Of a stretch of 40,135 nt of DNA, positions 1-12,495 are shown one piece after another (position 1 is the stretch's first letter; each line of letters starts with the position of its first letter). The notes below the pieces were generated by a model that worked only from the letters and a program-made list of their open reading frames with translations, ran no database searches and was not told the DNA's origin. The DNA lies in the NCBI GenBank assembly GCA_032718475.1, contig JAUCBJ010002806.1, positions 1 through 40,135 of the forward strand, given 5' to 3'. Origin of the DNA: Nemertoderma westbladi. Its lineage: Eukaryota; Animalia; Xenacoelomorpha. The position numbers and the translations under genes were made by a program.

Positions 1-11
1 TGTGAATGTAC

Positions 12-135
12 CATCCAGAGATTTGGTGTCCTCAGCAGTTAGAGCCCATCATGAACTCCCATAGGAGTACTGCAACTACTGCTGCTTTAAATAATCGGAC
101 ATTAAGTTTCCGATTAATTCTATGTGACTTCCAAA
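12..135 (+). repeat. Fragment of a dispersed repeat, probably a SINE body
   Basis: Aligns by eye to the reverse complement of ~37890-38115 (ccagagat[t/g]tggt[g/a]tcctcagc[a/t]gttaga; tcccata[g/t]gagtact...ttccgatt). Confidence 0.55.
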
Positions 136-145
136 TTCTGGAAAT

Positions 146-628
146 AAATATGAAAAACAATAAAATAGGACATAGGGTCTTATTCCCTCAGATACTACAT
201 AGCATTTAGGGCCACTTCGGCCACTGTTAGTACTCGTGTGCCACGAACCCCACCCCTAACGTATCAAAACTGCACCATTAGATAAAGACAATGACCAATA
301 AATTAGAAATCCTACCTTACCCCCAGAGTTGAAGCCACCCACCCCCACCGTATGTTACCATCAGCACCAAATGCATAAACGTGATTCACCACTGAATGCA
401 ACCAACCCCAATTAGCACCTACCGGTATGTACAGATAAATGATCAGATTTATAAACAAATTGCGCAGATGTCAGAAAATGCCCATTTAAATATATAATTA
501 TATGATGTTAGACAACCACGACTTTAGAGGGATTGTGATATTAATATGAAAACAATAAAATAGGACATGGGGTCTTATTCCCTCAGATACTACGTAGCAT
601 TTAGGGCCACTTGGGCCACTGTTAGTAC
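146..628 (+). repeat. ~85-bp direct repeat pair (146-231 and 543-628)
   Basis: Near-identical aatatgaaaa(a)caataaaataggacat.gggtcttattccctcagatactac.tagcatttagggccactt.ggccactgttagtac occurs twice. Confidence 0.8.
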
Positions 629-675
629 CATCACCCTAAGGCCCATCTGTCTAAACTGTCAGCCTACCCACCAAG

Positions 676-1205
676 GTGGGGCTTGTTGGGGTGGTTAGTT
701 CCCGTGATAGTTCTGATTCTTACGCTAAAACCAGCCCTCTGGTGCCGCTGGCTGCGCACTGTCAGCGCACTGTGCCCGTTGGCTTCCCAGTTCGTCCCAG
801 GGCCAACTGTTTAGCCGTGAGCCGTGAGGACAAAGTAGCAGTATCTTTCTGGGGTTTTGGCTCAACTAGCCATACGGTAGTGCTTGCTGCGCACTCGGTC
901 AAACCTTTGAGTCGTAGGAGAAAGTAGCAGCTAATATCCTGCGTCCAATCGGTACCACCCCCGTTTGGACATAGAAATAACCTGGTGTTTGCACTATTGC
1001 CAAGTTTTCCAATAGCGTTAAGCCGCATCAAATATTTTAAGACTGTTTAGACTACGAGTAAACCCATTTGACTGTTATATTTTCAGACCTATTTTGTGAT
1101 ACTATTGTGTATTATTTTTCGAGTTTACGAGGAATACTTTGGTTCCTAACCCTCACCCGGTTTCTCTTTTTCCATCTTCCCAGAGGTTTTTCAATGGTGT
1201 TACGT
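676..1205 (+). repeat. Dispersed GC-rich repeat, copy 1 (paralogous to 11566-12495)
   Basis: Shared blocks include ccgtgaggacaaagtagcagtatct, ggtaccacccccgtttggac, ataacctggtgttt, ttgccaagttttccaatagcgt and atactttggttcctaac. Confidence 0.85.
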
Positions 1206-2199
1206 TTCGAAACCCAGAAAAAAGATAACTCTTAGCTAATTTAATTTTAAATCTCCTACGTTTACTGTAATATATATCAGCACTGTATTATATATTACAT
1301 TGATTCTATGTTGTACCGGTACACTACACTTTAAAAATGGTCTGGCCAAGTTGCCAAAAAAAAATTGCAAGTTGACAAGATTTATCTTGTCAACAAGAAG
1401 CGAATGGGGATGAGGTCAGATTGACAATGTAGAGTTGGCGAGATTGTTTATACAGTTTGCTTTGTCAATTTGACAATGTAAAATTGTGAAGTTGCCCAGA
1501 TAACTTTGGAAACTGACACACGACCTTGCCAAATTACAGTTAGAAAGTGTCAATAATTTTGACAAATTATATTGTCAATATGAACAGTATGTATAGGCTG
1601 CAGCAGATTCTCAGTATTTGTTATGGTTATTTTGGTTCTCTGCCACCAAACTTTTCTTTTTTTTAATTGCAAATACATAAGTATAATCGAGCTATTTCAA
1701 CAAGGTGCAGAGATTAACAAATTTAAATATGGCCCAGATAAATTAAAGCAGATCCACTTTGATTGAATAAATAACACTTAACTCCCACCCCACTGACTTT
1801 CATACCAGAGATGAGCTCATTTTATGTTTTACGGGTGCACTGGATATCTCTATACTGATACCCGTCAGGATTAGATATTCGGGAGAATTTTGCTGGAAAT
1901 CCGGCCGGTTTTTAAACTTTCCAGAACGAGAGGAAGACAGGCTCACTAAGAGTATTCCCTATTTTTTTTTAGAAAATGTACATTGATTTTTTAGTGAATT
2001 TTTAATTTATTTTTAAATTAATTATTTTCATTTCAGTAATTCAACCATATCTTAAAGTACCGGTACTTAATTACATGTCCCACTCGATTTTGTGGCTTGT
2101 CATTACAGCGGGATTCTCAGCTACTGCTACTCGATAACACAATAATTAATAATATGCAATTAAAATTAAGTATATTTAAGGTAATATATATTCACGAAC

Positions 2200-2697
2200 A
2201 AATATTTGAAACATATTCTAAAACGTAGAACATCTAAAACATATTCGAAACATATTCTAAAACGTAGAACATCTAAAACATATTCGAAACATATTCTAAA
2301 ACGTAGAACATCTAAAACATATTCCAAACATATTCCAAAACGTAGAACATCTAAAACATATTCGAAACATATTCCAAAACGTAGAACATCTAAAACATAT
2401 TCGAAACATATTCCAAAACGTAGAACATCTAAAACATATTCGAAACATATTCCAAAACGTAGAACATCTAAAACATATTCGAAACATATTCTAAAACGTA
2501 GAACATCTAAAACATATTCGAAACATATTCCAAAACGTAGAACATCTAAAACATATTCGAAACATATTCCAAAACGTAGAACATCTAAAACATATTCGAA
2601 ACATATTCCAAAACGTAGAACATCTAAAACATATTCGAAACATATTCTAAAACGTAGAACATCTAAAACATATTCGAAACATATTCTAAAACGTAGA
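2200..2697. repeat. 39-bp minisatellite, about 12.5 copies
   Basis: Unit acatattcgaaacatatt(ct/cc)aaaacgtagaacatctaaa; this explains the 13-aa periodic ORF 2206-2724. Confidence 0.97.
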
Positions 2698-2911
2698 GAT
2701 AAAATGTATACATGTATAGACTAAATGTATAGGGCAACAAATTCTAGTTTCAAATATTGCGATTTCATTTGATGCAAATAACATTCTTTCAATGTAAAAG
2801 TCGACCTTTGAGTTTTGGCCTTGCTATTATATATAAACAAAGCATTTTAAATCACATTATCAAGCAGGTCCATTCCGGCCAGATTGAAGATCAGTTAAAA
2901 AAAATTAGTAT

Positions 2912-4330
2912 TTAAAGGCCAATATCGGACAACAAAGATGTGACTTTCGACGACAAATCTGAGGCTGGCAATCCGAACAGAAACTCGAGGAACAGCCAAA
3001 CATGTAGAGATGCATCTGGATACTGTAAGTTACAGACATGCATCAGCTTAAACGCTAAATCGATTCCCTGTAGAAGGTTTGCGCGCATGAAATTCCTTCC
3101 GATTAGCAGGCACGGGGAGTCGAACTGTAACCTTATTGCATAAAGTAGACGGTAGTGAAAGTAGTGCACGTTTTATAATTCCACTTTCAGCTAAGCCATA
3201 CACATCAGCTCTAATAGCCTTCAAGATATTCCTGTATATTTCTATAAAGGAAGCATCAAATAAACTATTGCAGTTGACCTTTAACTTCTTTTCCTTCATT
3301 AGCATTTTAAAGTCGAAATTAATACATTCATATATACAACTGTTAACGAGAAGATAAACAAATGATGAAAGGAGAACAGAACCATGATGGAAAGCAACTA
3401 AGCGATATAAACTTGTAGCCTCATGTTGCTCTTTACCATACCCATTTACAAGTAGGTAGTTGAGATCGTTCTGAGATCGTTCCCGCAGATAATCCAGGTC
3501 ATACCTATTCTATTCTTTAATTCTTCCAACAGAATTCTTCATAGCAGAAAGACAGTTCTCAGTGGACCTAGCCTCAGATTCGGGGGCGATTGCTTTTAAC
3601 TTTTTCTTAACAGTTATGAATCGGTTGTATAGTTTCCCAAACGGTGTGCTAACAGTATACAACTTCCCTTTGTGTTCCTTTTGGATTGTTTTCCGAAAGA
3701 AATAGGTTCCATTCTTCTCTGCAGTAAACACATTCACTACCTCAGATAAAGTATCCAAAGTCTCGAGATTCAGTGAACCCTTGGCAAAAATTGCATCTAT
3801 TACCTCAGAAACAAGTATACCTCGCTGAGCTTCTCCCAATGGTTGAGCAACTCCATTCCCCTCTTTGTCCCCTCGAGAAACTGCACAAGGTCACTCTTAC
3901 TATTCGACTCTAGTGAACTTCTGCCAGGTTCAAATAGTCGTGGACGAAATACCAAATAGCCATGATCAAGGTTTGTATCATTATGTGACATACTAGCAGT
4001 AACTTCAAATTCAATATCTTTAGAAGTCATCGAACTGGAACCATTGTTTCCCAATTGCAAATCAGGAATATTAGTAGGTCTCATAAGCGGGGTGCTGGAA
4101 CATAATGGAGTCGTTTGATAACCACTGGTACTGGTATCTTGAAAACTATCACTAGCACTGACATTCTCAGTTTCTGGGTTTGGGAGAACTTTAACATGCA
4201 TTGTAGGTGGGTGCTGGCAGTAGAGACATATCTGTGCTGAACTGATATCTGATGGTGCCATGTATTCCTCACACTCTTCTTATCCACAATCCTTGCAGTA
4301 GGAACGTTCGATCCCTCGTATATCCTTCAT
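2912..4330 (-). pseudogene. Accessory (second) ORF of the EnSpm-like element, disrupted
   Basis: Starts MKDIRGIERSYCKDCG*EECEEY...CLYCQHPPTMH (Cys/His cluster). Ends ...GIDLAFKLMHVCNLQYP..HVWLFLE, a motif I associate with ORFs accompanying animal EnSpm transposases. Contains stops and frameshifts. Confidence 0.6.
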
Positions 4331-4559
4331 AAGTCTTAATATAATACTTAAGTATATATATATATAATACATAAGTCTTAATATAATACTCAATCGGCCA
4401 CAGGGTTTAATAGAAAAGTATACTCTACGTACATTTAGTATATACTCTAGGCCTACAACCTATGTCGCAGCAGAATGTATAATTTGCTTTGCATTAGATG
4501 CATGTGAAGGGGGAAGGGACTAATAAGAATATCAACAGAATCAATTAAAACTAAATTGT

Positions 4560-5832
4560 CTAGGTCTGGACTTCAAATACTTGAAAGTGGTCATTGAAGT
4601 CCTGTGTAGTATAACGAGAACAAATAATTCCATAACTTCCAGAACTTCTGAGAAAAATGTTCTCAATACAACAAAACTGTGGGAAAACAAAGAAATCACA
4701 TGAATAATGAAAGACAAAGCGCATGTCCAAGATGATAGTCAATAGAATGACCAGTTATGCCACTACAAGAAGTAATATCTTCGTTAATATCACAGTCTAA
4801 GATTTTAGCTAAATCTGAACCATTCACAAATGAGGCCAGTGTTGTAGCTGTAGGAGATTTGACAATAAGTTGATCAAGAACCCCTATTCCAGTGCCACCA
4901 AACAGTTTGAATGCTTGATTCATTTGATGACGCTTGGCAAGTGTCTTAACAATATTTTTAAAACAACAAATGGCACCCGATGTACATTTCCAGTCACGGT
5001 GTCTTGCTTCAAGTCGTAATGACCAAATCCATATTAAGGGGATCAATTGTCATATGGCACCCGGGTAATGAGTTAAATTATGGAATTTCAGGTGCAGGGA
5101 TACTAGATTAAATGTGTCAATATAAATCTCTAAAAATTCGGAAATAATAACTGAAAAAATATCTATTTCACTTTCAGTGAATGATGGAGCCAGAGAATGT
5201 AACATAACTTCTCTCATTTTGAGGAATACCATCCACACCCTGTTTTCTAATGGAATAAAGGTTCCAACCAAGAGAGGCATAGCCAATACCAAGTTCAGCA
5301 TTTCAACGGCTGATGTGTTAACTGCTAATCTTTTTTTCAACCTGTCTTCGTCAAAATGAGGTGGAATTGATGAGTGATCAAAGTTAAATGATTTAATACG
5401 TCTGTTCATATCATTGTTAGTGAAAAGTTTTTGAACAAATATGAATTCATACAGAGAATGCTGCAAGACATAACTTCACACCCCTTCAAGCAAGTCATGC
5501 ATGATGTCAAATGTGTAATTTTTATAGACATGAAAAGAAGGGAGAGAATTGAAACAACACTCTGAGTTGAGGCCAGTAGCAGAAGGGTTAGCTTGTAGAA
5601 GATCACTGTCATAGTGTTCTTTCAACCTAAGTAATTGCGCATCTTCATAAAGTGTATTAATGAAGTCATTGCGATGGCACTTGCACGAACGGCAAGGAAA
5701 ATTACCGGTAAAGCCTTCTATGAACCCTAGCAGGGAATTTACAGATAAGTTATCGCCATGGACTTGGACCATAGAGAAGAAAACAGAATACTCTACTGAT
5801 CCATGGAGATACTTAATCCCTTTTTTCTCCAA
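4560..5832 (-). pseudogene. EnSpm/CMC-type transposase, fragmented and 5'-truncated
   Basis: Motifs GDNL..N.LLGF.E.F....PCR.C, DIMHDLLEGV, KFHNLTHY and W..RLEARH occur in order across frameshifted ORFs. Confidence 0.8.
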
Positions 5833-7066
5833 ATAAGTGAGAATATTTATAATGACCGAAAAAGTATCACCATAAATATATTTATGGTGATATTCTCACG
5901 ACAACGCATAAGATAATTTGTACATTGGTCAGCTGAAAAATATCATTTAGACATGATATACAGTACTATATAATATACTTTGAATGCATTGTTTGAATTC
6001 TAATTCGTAAATATAACATAATATTGACAACTATACGATACGATAAGTTCATATATAGGGCCTATATAGTATATACTGTATTATCGATTATAAGCACTGT
6101 TTGAATGCTGATTCGTAAAAATATATTATTATAATCATCGTTCATGCTAGAATTTTAATAACCAGGTTTAGAAGTCCTTGTTTCAAATATGTTTTTGTTA
6201 TTTCGAAGATAAAATTTGTTTGATAAGAAAAATCTGTCTCAGAGAACTTCTTGGTCACTGTGTCGGAGATACATATTATATTGTATAGTAAACTTACATC
6301 CACAAGAATACTGTATTTTTCAGATAGGATATGCATCCATCTCCAGGGGAAATTCGACGCAAATAACAGCTGATTACTCTCAAAAATAAAACTGTAACCT
6401 GTTCTACTGTATTTAGTTTATTCTATTGGTTCTGCTCCCTTCCCTAAATTGAGATTTTACATTGAGGCGGGATATTAATTCGCCAAGTTGGGATTAGCGT
6501 ACAGCCCCCCCCCCCCCCCCCTGTCTCGTATTTTTAGAGCTGTAGTCATTAGGTCCGGCGAGTCATTTGTTCCCGCGGGCTCTAATGACGCCGTACAATA
6601 ATTAGATCCCGCGGGTTTACAATTAAAATTTTAACAAACTGGGGAGCATAATATAAAAGTCCGTACTGAACCGGAGCGTGAGGAAGTGGGCCGCCATTTA
6701 AGGCACCGTTTAAAAGAAAGTAGCAGGTTATAATGGCAGGCCTTTCATACCAGTACAATAAACTAAATTTAGGAACGCAGACAGTTTACAGTACAATTTT
6801 TACTTCTAGGCACTATTTTTTCAATACTAATATTAACCCTGTGAGAAGGCTGAAACGACAACCTAATTGGCAATTTGCGTACCAGACAGATCTCAGGTAA
6901 CATAGGCCTACTTCAGTACTTTGTATATCAGTATATATCACACACAGAACGAATTTTTAATAGCTTGGGGGTGTGTGAGCTTGTCATTCAGAGTCAGAAT
7001 CAGCCTGTGTCCTACATTCCGTTATAAAATCCTAATCCGTATGTAATCGATTTTTCATGCCTTCGC

Positions 7067-7344
7067 AGGTTCCACCTTGTTGTAGTGGTTGCATTGAATT
7101 CACATCTCCTGTAGGTCGTGGGTTCGATCCTCACATGGGCCAGGGCTGTTTTCGTTTCGGCACGAATGCTTTAAAGGGACCAGCCAGGGCGCATCTCTGC
7201 CTCGCATCCTTAAGTGGAAGCTAAATGAGTACTGGAGTTTCCTCTGGGGAGTAAAGTTCTGGGGGGACCGCACTGGAAATAAGTCGTCAGACTTTGTGCG
7301 TAATCCCTGGCCTTAGCGGCCGAAGAAAATTTACTTTACTTTAC
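7067..7344 (+). mobile_element. tRNA-derived SINE, copy 1
   Basis: A-box-like tgtagtgg, B box ggttcgatcc (7121-7130), a central gcctcgcatccttaagtggaagctaaatgagtac resembling the Deu/Nin domain, and a (tttac)n tail. Near-identical copy at 35617-35898. Confidence 0.85.
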
Positions 7345-7399
7345 AGGTAGCCCCTATCGCACTACCTCGTGACATTAATAATGATAAATGATAATAATA

Positions 7400-10300
7400 T
7401 GAATTGTTCTCACTAGTGATAAGGATGTACAACAAGTGCTGAAGAACAAGAGTAAACTGCGAGGCTCGCAATTTGAGAAAGTTTACCTCAGCCACGAAAA
7501 ATCGCCAGGGGAGCTTGTCAATGAATATAATAATGCGGAAAATTATTCGTTCTCAGGCAGGGTCGAATCTAATCTTTACAAAAGATGGGTGAGTCATGGA
7601 GAAACGTGTCCCTGGTCCGGGTTCCCAATCAGGAAATCCCAATGTTTAGGATAGCGGTCCCAACAGATTGAAACTTTGTAGTTATAATGTAAATGGTTGG
7701 ACTGAAACAAACAAGGTACTACGAGAGTCTATAATTATTAATGAGGCTCCGGACATTGCAGTTATTTGTGAGAGCCACACCAAACCCGGAGATGATATTT
7801 CTTTTGAAGGATACAAATGGGTTGGACATTCACGGTTGACGGCTAACCGTCGTGTGGCACACACATTTGGTGGTGTTGGTGTTTTTATCTCGGAGGAGCT
7901 TTTACGTACACATGATTATGCAGTAATTAATAAATCATACGAAGGTATTTTATGTTTAAAGTTTACTGCCAGACGGTTAGACTATTCATTTATTGTATAT
8001 GCGTGTTATTTACCCCCAGAAAATTCGATTTATGGATGAGATGCAAGTGAATTTTATTCCTACCTTCTCAGTTTGATCTACATCAATGCCGATGCAGCCG
8101 ACCATATATTTGTACTTGGCGACCTAAATGGGAGAGTCGGAGATCTATCTGATGTTATAACAGTGCTTGATGATTCTCTTGTTGAGTGACAGTTTATTGA
8201 TAGCTCTATAAATAGTCATGGACGTAATCTAATCGACTTCTGTAAAGAATCCTGTCTTTTTATTGCAAATGGCCGCATCACACCTGAATTAAACGATTAC
8301 ACATTCGTTGGGTTCAGGGGTAAGTCTGTTGCAGATTATATCCTAATGCCAGTAGGCTCAATAGAAAACTGCGAAAAATTTGAGATTAAAACCAGTTCAA
8401 AGCTGTTAGATCAGTACGACCTATTTGATATGTATGGGGAAGGGTGCCGAATACCGGATCATTCTCTAGTAACCATTGTTTACATATTTGAAAATAACTG
8501 CCACTCGTCAATTCCACTGGATAACATACCTGCAACTAGTCCGGGCGGCAGACCAACGAAATGGAACTGCAAAAATATCCCAAAGGATTTTATGCACTCG
8601 GAAATGTGGTGGAGATCAATAGCTGATATATGTACCCAAATAGAAATGGCTCAGCAGGAACAGAATGGGATTGACGAAGTATACGTGGATTTATGCGATG
8701 GTTTAAAAGAGGAAATGGACAAACATCTTAATCGTTGTGGTACATTTTCAAAATCATGTGGTAAACTTTTGAAAAATTACAAGCCTTATTGGGACTCAGA
8801 ACTAACTGATTTATGGAAAATTTACAGTACAAGTGAGAAACTGTATTTGCGCGCCTGCAAACAAGGGAATTTGTCGTCCACTGCATTAAAGTCTATGCGG
8901 GAAGGTTACATTAACTCACGTATGCGGTTTGACAAAACATTACGTCAAAAGGAACGCCGTCATCGCTGGGAGGTTCGTAATAACATAGAGGAAATAAACA
9001 CAAGTAACCCCAATATGTTCTGGAATTATTTAAAGTCGCTTGGACCGCGTAAAGATAAGACCGTTCCAACTGAGGTCATGACTGAAGATGGTAATACATC
9101 AACAGATCCTACAGTAGTAAATGACCAATGGCGTCATAGCTGGGAATCATTATTGAACCCACAGAGTCAATCAGACCCCAACATGGTAGATTATTTTACA
9201 AATGTATCGAACCTTAAGGAAGAATTGGAATGGATTCGCCAAGATTTGAACCTGATAGCATGACTAATATGTTGTTCTCTATGGATGAAATTCAGCAGGC
9301 AATTAATAAACTGCCTCTAAGAAAGCGGTTGGCGTCGATTCTATTCCGAACGAGGTTTTTCAAAACACGGGTTTATTTACTTGTATTCAATGTTTATTTA
9401 ATAAGATTTTACTTAGTGGTATAATACCCACATTATGGAAACAGGCGCTTATTAAACCAATCCCTAAAAGTGCTTTGAAAGATGCTACAGAGTCCCATCT
9501 AATTATAGAGGTATCAGTTTGTTATCATGTTTTAGTAAACTGTTTACAAGTATATTAAATAATAGGTTGTTAACTTACTGTGAATTTAATAATTTGCTAG
9601 CCGAGGAACAAAACGGATTCCGCCCAGGTAGATCATGTGAGGACCATATTTTCTCAATGCATTCTATTATTAAGGACCGTATGGATAAGGGTGAATCTAC
9701 TTTTGTTGCTTTTATTGACTTCTCGAAAGCATTTGACTGTATAGATCGTGACCTACTCCTACTTTTATATAGATTAATGTCCATTGGTATTGGTGGCAAT
9801 ATGTATCGGTGCATCAAATCCCTTTTTGCTGGAACTGTCTCGGCTGTACTTATAAATGATTATAAAACCCCTTGGTTTGCCACTCTTGGTGTTAGACAAG
9901 GAGATAATATCTCCCCTACTCTGTTTAAAATTTTTATTAATAGTTTCATAGAAGAGGTGAAAGCCTCGGGTATTGGTGTTAAATTTGGTGATCTATTAGT
10001 ATCTATTTGGTGTATGCTGATGATATAGCCTTGTTCGCGGCAGACGAAAATGACTTACAACAATTATTAGATCTTTTGTCTAGTTGGACTACTAGGTGGA
10101 AAATGTCTATAAATATTGATAAATCGAATGTAGTACATTTTCGTCAACCGCATAAATCTTGTACTAAATATAATTTTTCAGTATCCAATGGTGTTTTATC
10201 TATTGTAAATAGCTACAAGTACTTAGGGCTTTATTTTGATAGTCATTTAACTTACTCTAAAGCAATAAATGTGCTAATGGGGTCAGCTAAGAGAGCTTTT

Positions 10301-11258
10301 GGTGCGATTGTAGCCAAATCACGTAGGGTTGGTGGATTCCTATTTGATACTTGCAGTAAATTATATACGTCGTGTATAACACCTATTTTAGATTATGCTT
10401 CTGGTGTCTGGGGTAGTATTGAGTCATACGATATTGATAAAGTTCAACTTAAAGTGATGCGCCATTTTTTAGGCATCCACATGTTCACTCCTAGTCTAGC
10501 CATTGAGGGTGACATGGGCTGGTCTTACTCACAGCACAGAAGGTTTCTGGCGTTAGGCCGTAGATGGAACCGGTTAATAGCCTGCAGTGATGAAAGGATC
10601 CAGAAGAAGATTTTTAATTATCAGTACGCGAATAATTCTGGTTGGTGCAAACAAGTCTTTAATGTATTCAAATTGTTGAATTTATATGACATATACACTA
10701 GCTGTATCAAATGTGATCTAGATAATTTAGATAAGCATTGTACAGACTATTTTTCAAATATCTGGGCGTCAAGTGTATTACTTAAACCGAAACTGCGTAC
10801 TTACAAGTTATTTAAAACGAACTTTAAGACAAAACTTTATGTTAAGTCAAAAATCAAAAACAGTGAACGGTCAATCATGGCGCAGTTTCGGTCCGGTGTT
10901 TTGCCGTTGGGTATTGAAGTGGGTCGATATCAGGGCAAACCCTTAGAAGATAGAATATGATGTCTATGTAAGTCGGGCGAAATTGAAGACGAAAGTCATT
11001 TTTTGTATAAATGTGATGCCCTAGATAGGAGTCTCTTCCCACAAGATTTTTATGATGTTGAGAATAGCCAGAAGTTGAAATTTTTAATGTGCAATGACCA
11101 AGTAAATAGTGCACGGCTGTTGAGGGGTTTGTACAATTGTAGGTGCGAAATAATAAATGGAAGAATTTAATTTGATGATAAAATTCGATGTCTTATAAGC
11201 CATTGTTGGTTGGGGGCCGCTGTGCCCAAGACATTATAAATGATCATTCATTCATTCA
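7400..11258 (+). mobile_element. Decayed non-LTR retrotransposon (RTEX/Proto2-like): ORF1 remnant and APE-RT-zinc-knuckle ORF2
   Basis: ORF1-like VLKNKSKLR...VYLS. APE motifs YNVNGW, ESH, GGVG, GDLN, DH. RT motifs QNGFR, FIDFSKAFD, GVRQGD, YADD. C-terminus R.GVLPL.IE.GRY...C..EDESHFL..C. 3' stem atgtctt/aagacat and (catt)n tail. Several stops and frameshifts; clade assignment is tentative. Confidence 0.9.
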
Positions 11259-11565
11259 ATATGGCAATAATGTTGGTTTATACATTATTGGACAATGCGC
11301 CACCTGTCATGTTTCAATTACTGTTTAATGTGAGTTATCAATATTATAAATCCTTGCTAAGGAAAGACTTCAAACCTCAGCAAGTGATAATTAGAGGTGA
11401 AGAACTCCTTATTGACACCGAACACTATGTTTATAAGGGGCACGTTTCTCTTATTTTATTCAGTTATTCAGTCAGTAACTCGGCCTTGTAGATGGCAGCC
11501 CTTGGCACATTATCTCCTCTCCGGACTAAACTCTTCCTACAACCATCTCTGTGGTGATTAGAAGC

Positions 11566-12495
11566 GTGGGTTGGGTAGTTCCCGCTGAGATCTGAGTCTT
11601 AGGCCAAATCAGCCCTCTAATTCTTGCGCACTCTGCCTACTGGCTTCTCAGTGCGTCCAGGGACCAACTGCTTAGCCGTGAGGACAAAGTAGCAGTATCT
11701 TCCCGGGTTTTGACCCGGGGTTTTGAGTTTTACGGTAGTGCTTGCGCATTCTGCCCACTGGCTCATCGGCGCGACTGCGGTCAAACCGTTGAGTCGTGGG
11801 ACAAAGTACCAATTGGTACCAGTCCAATTGGTACCACCCCCGTTTGGACGCAGAAAAATAACCTGGTGTTTTCAGTATTGCCAAGTTTTCCAATAGCGTG
11901 CGGCTGCACCAAGTATTTTCCGACCAAGAACGACTTTTTGAGATTTATTTGGTTACAATTATTTTGGATTGTAAATTTTGTATTATTTTTCGAGGTTATA
12001 CTTTGGTTCCTAACAGACCCAAAGCACCCCTCACCCGGTTTCTCTTTTTCCCTCTTCCCAGAGGTTTTTCTATGGTTTTACGTACAGTACATTATTTTTG
12101 TGTATTTTTGTGATAATGTTCGAGGATATACTTTGGTTCCTAACGGACCCAAAGCACCCCCCACCCCACACCCGGTTTCTCTTTTTCCCTCTTCCCAGAG
12201 GTTTTTCTATGGTGTTACCTACAGTACATTATTTTTGTGTATTTTTGTGATATTGTTCGAGGATATACTTTGGTTCCTAACGGACCCAAAGCACCCCCCA
12301 CACCCGGCTTCTATTTTTCCCTCTTCCCAGAGGTTTTTCTATGGTGTTACTACATTATTTTTGTGTATTTTTGTGATATTGTTCGAGGATATACTTTGGT
12401 TCCTAACGGACCCAAAGCACCGCTCACACCCGGTTTCTATTTTTCCCTCTTCCCAGAGGTTTTTCTATGGTGTTTCGTACTGTACATTATTTTTA
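11566..12495 (+). repeat. Dispersed GC-rich repeat, copy 2, ending in four tandem ~130-bp units (about 11985-12495)
   Basis: Homologous to 676-1205. tcgagg.tatactttggttcctaac recurs at about 11990, 12120, 12257 and 12383. Confidence 0.85.

Larger units (their letters stand above)
1327..6545 (-). mobile_element. Decayed EnSpm/CMC-type (CACTA-like) DNA transposon
   Basis: Left end CACTTTAAAAA is followed by many short ttgacaa/ttgtcaa/ttgccaa subterminal repeats, and the interior holds transposase and accessory-ORF pseudogenes. The right end is uncertain: there is only a weak match, tttttagagctgtag at 6531-6545. Confidence 0.6.

Noticed and set aside
2206-2724. 172-aa basic, protamine-like repeat ORF
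   Set aside because: Non-ATG start; it is a by-product of a 39-bp (3n) minisatellite inside a transposon.
7668-11100. In-frame TGA codons as recoding or an alternative genetic code
   Set aside because: The same element has several frameshifts, so decay (some probably CGA>TGA) explains them; the intact ORFs read normally in the standard code.
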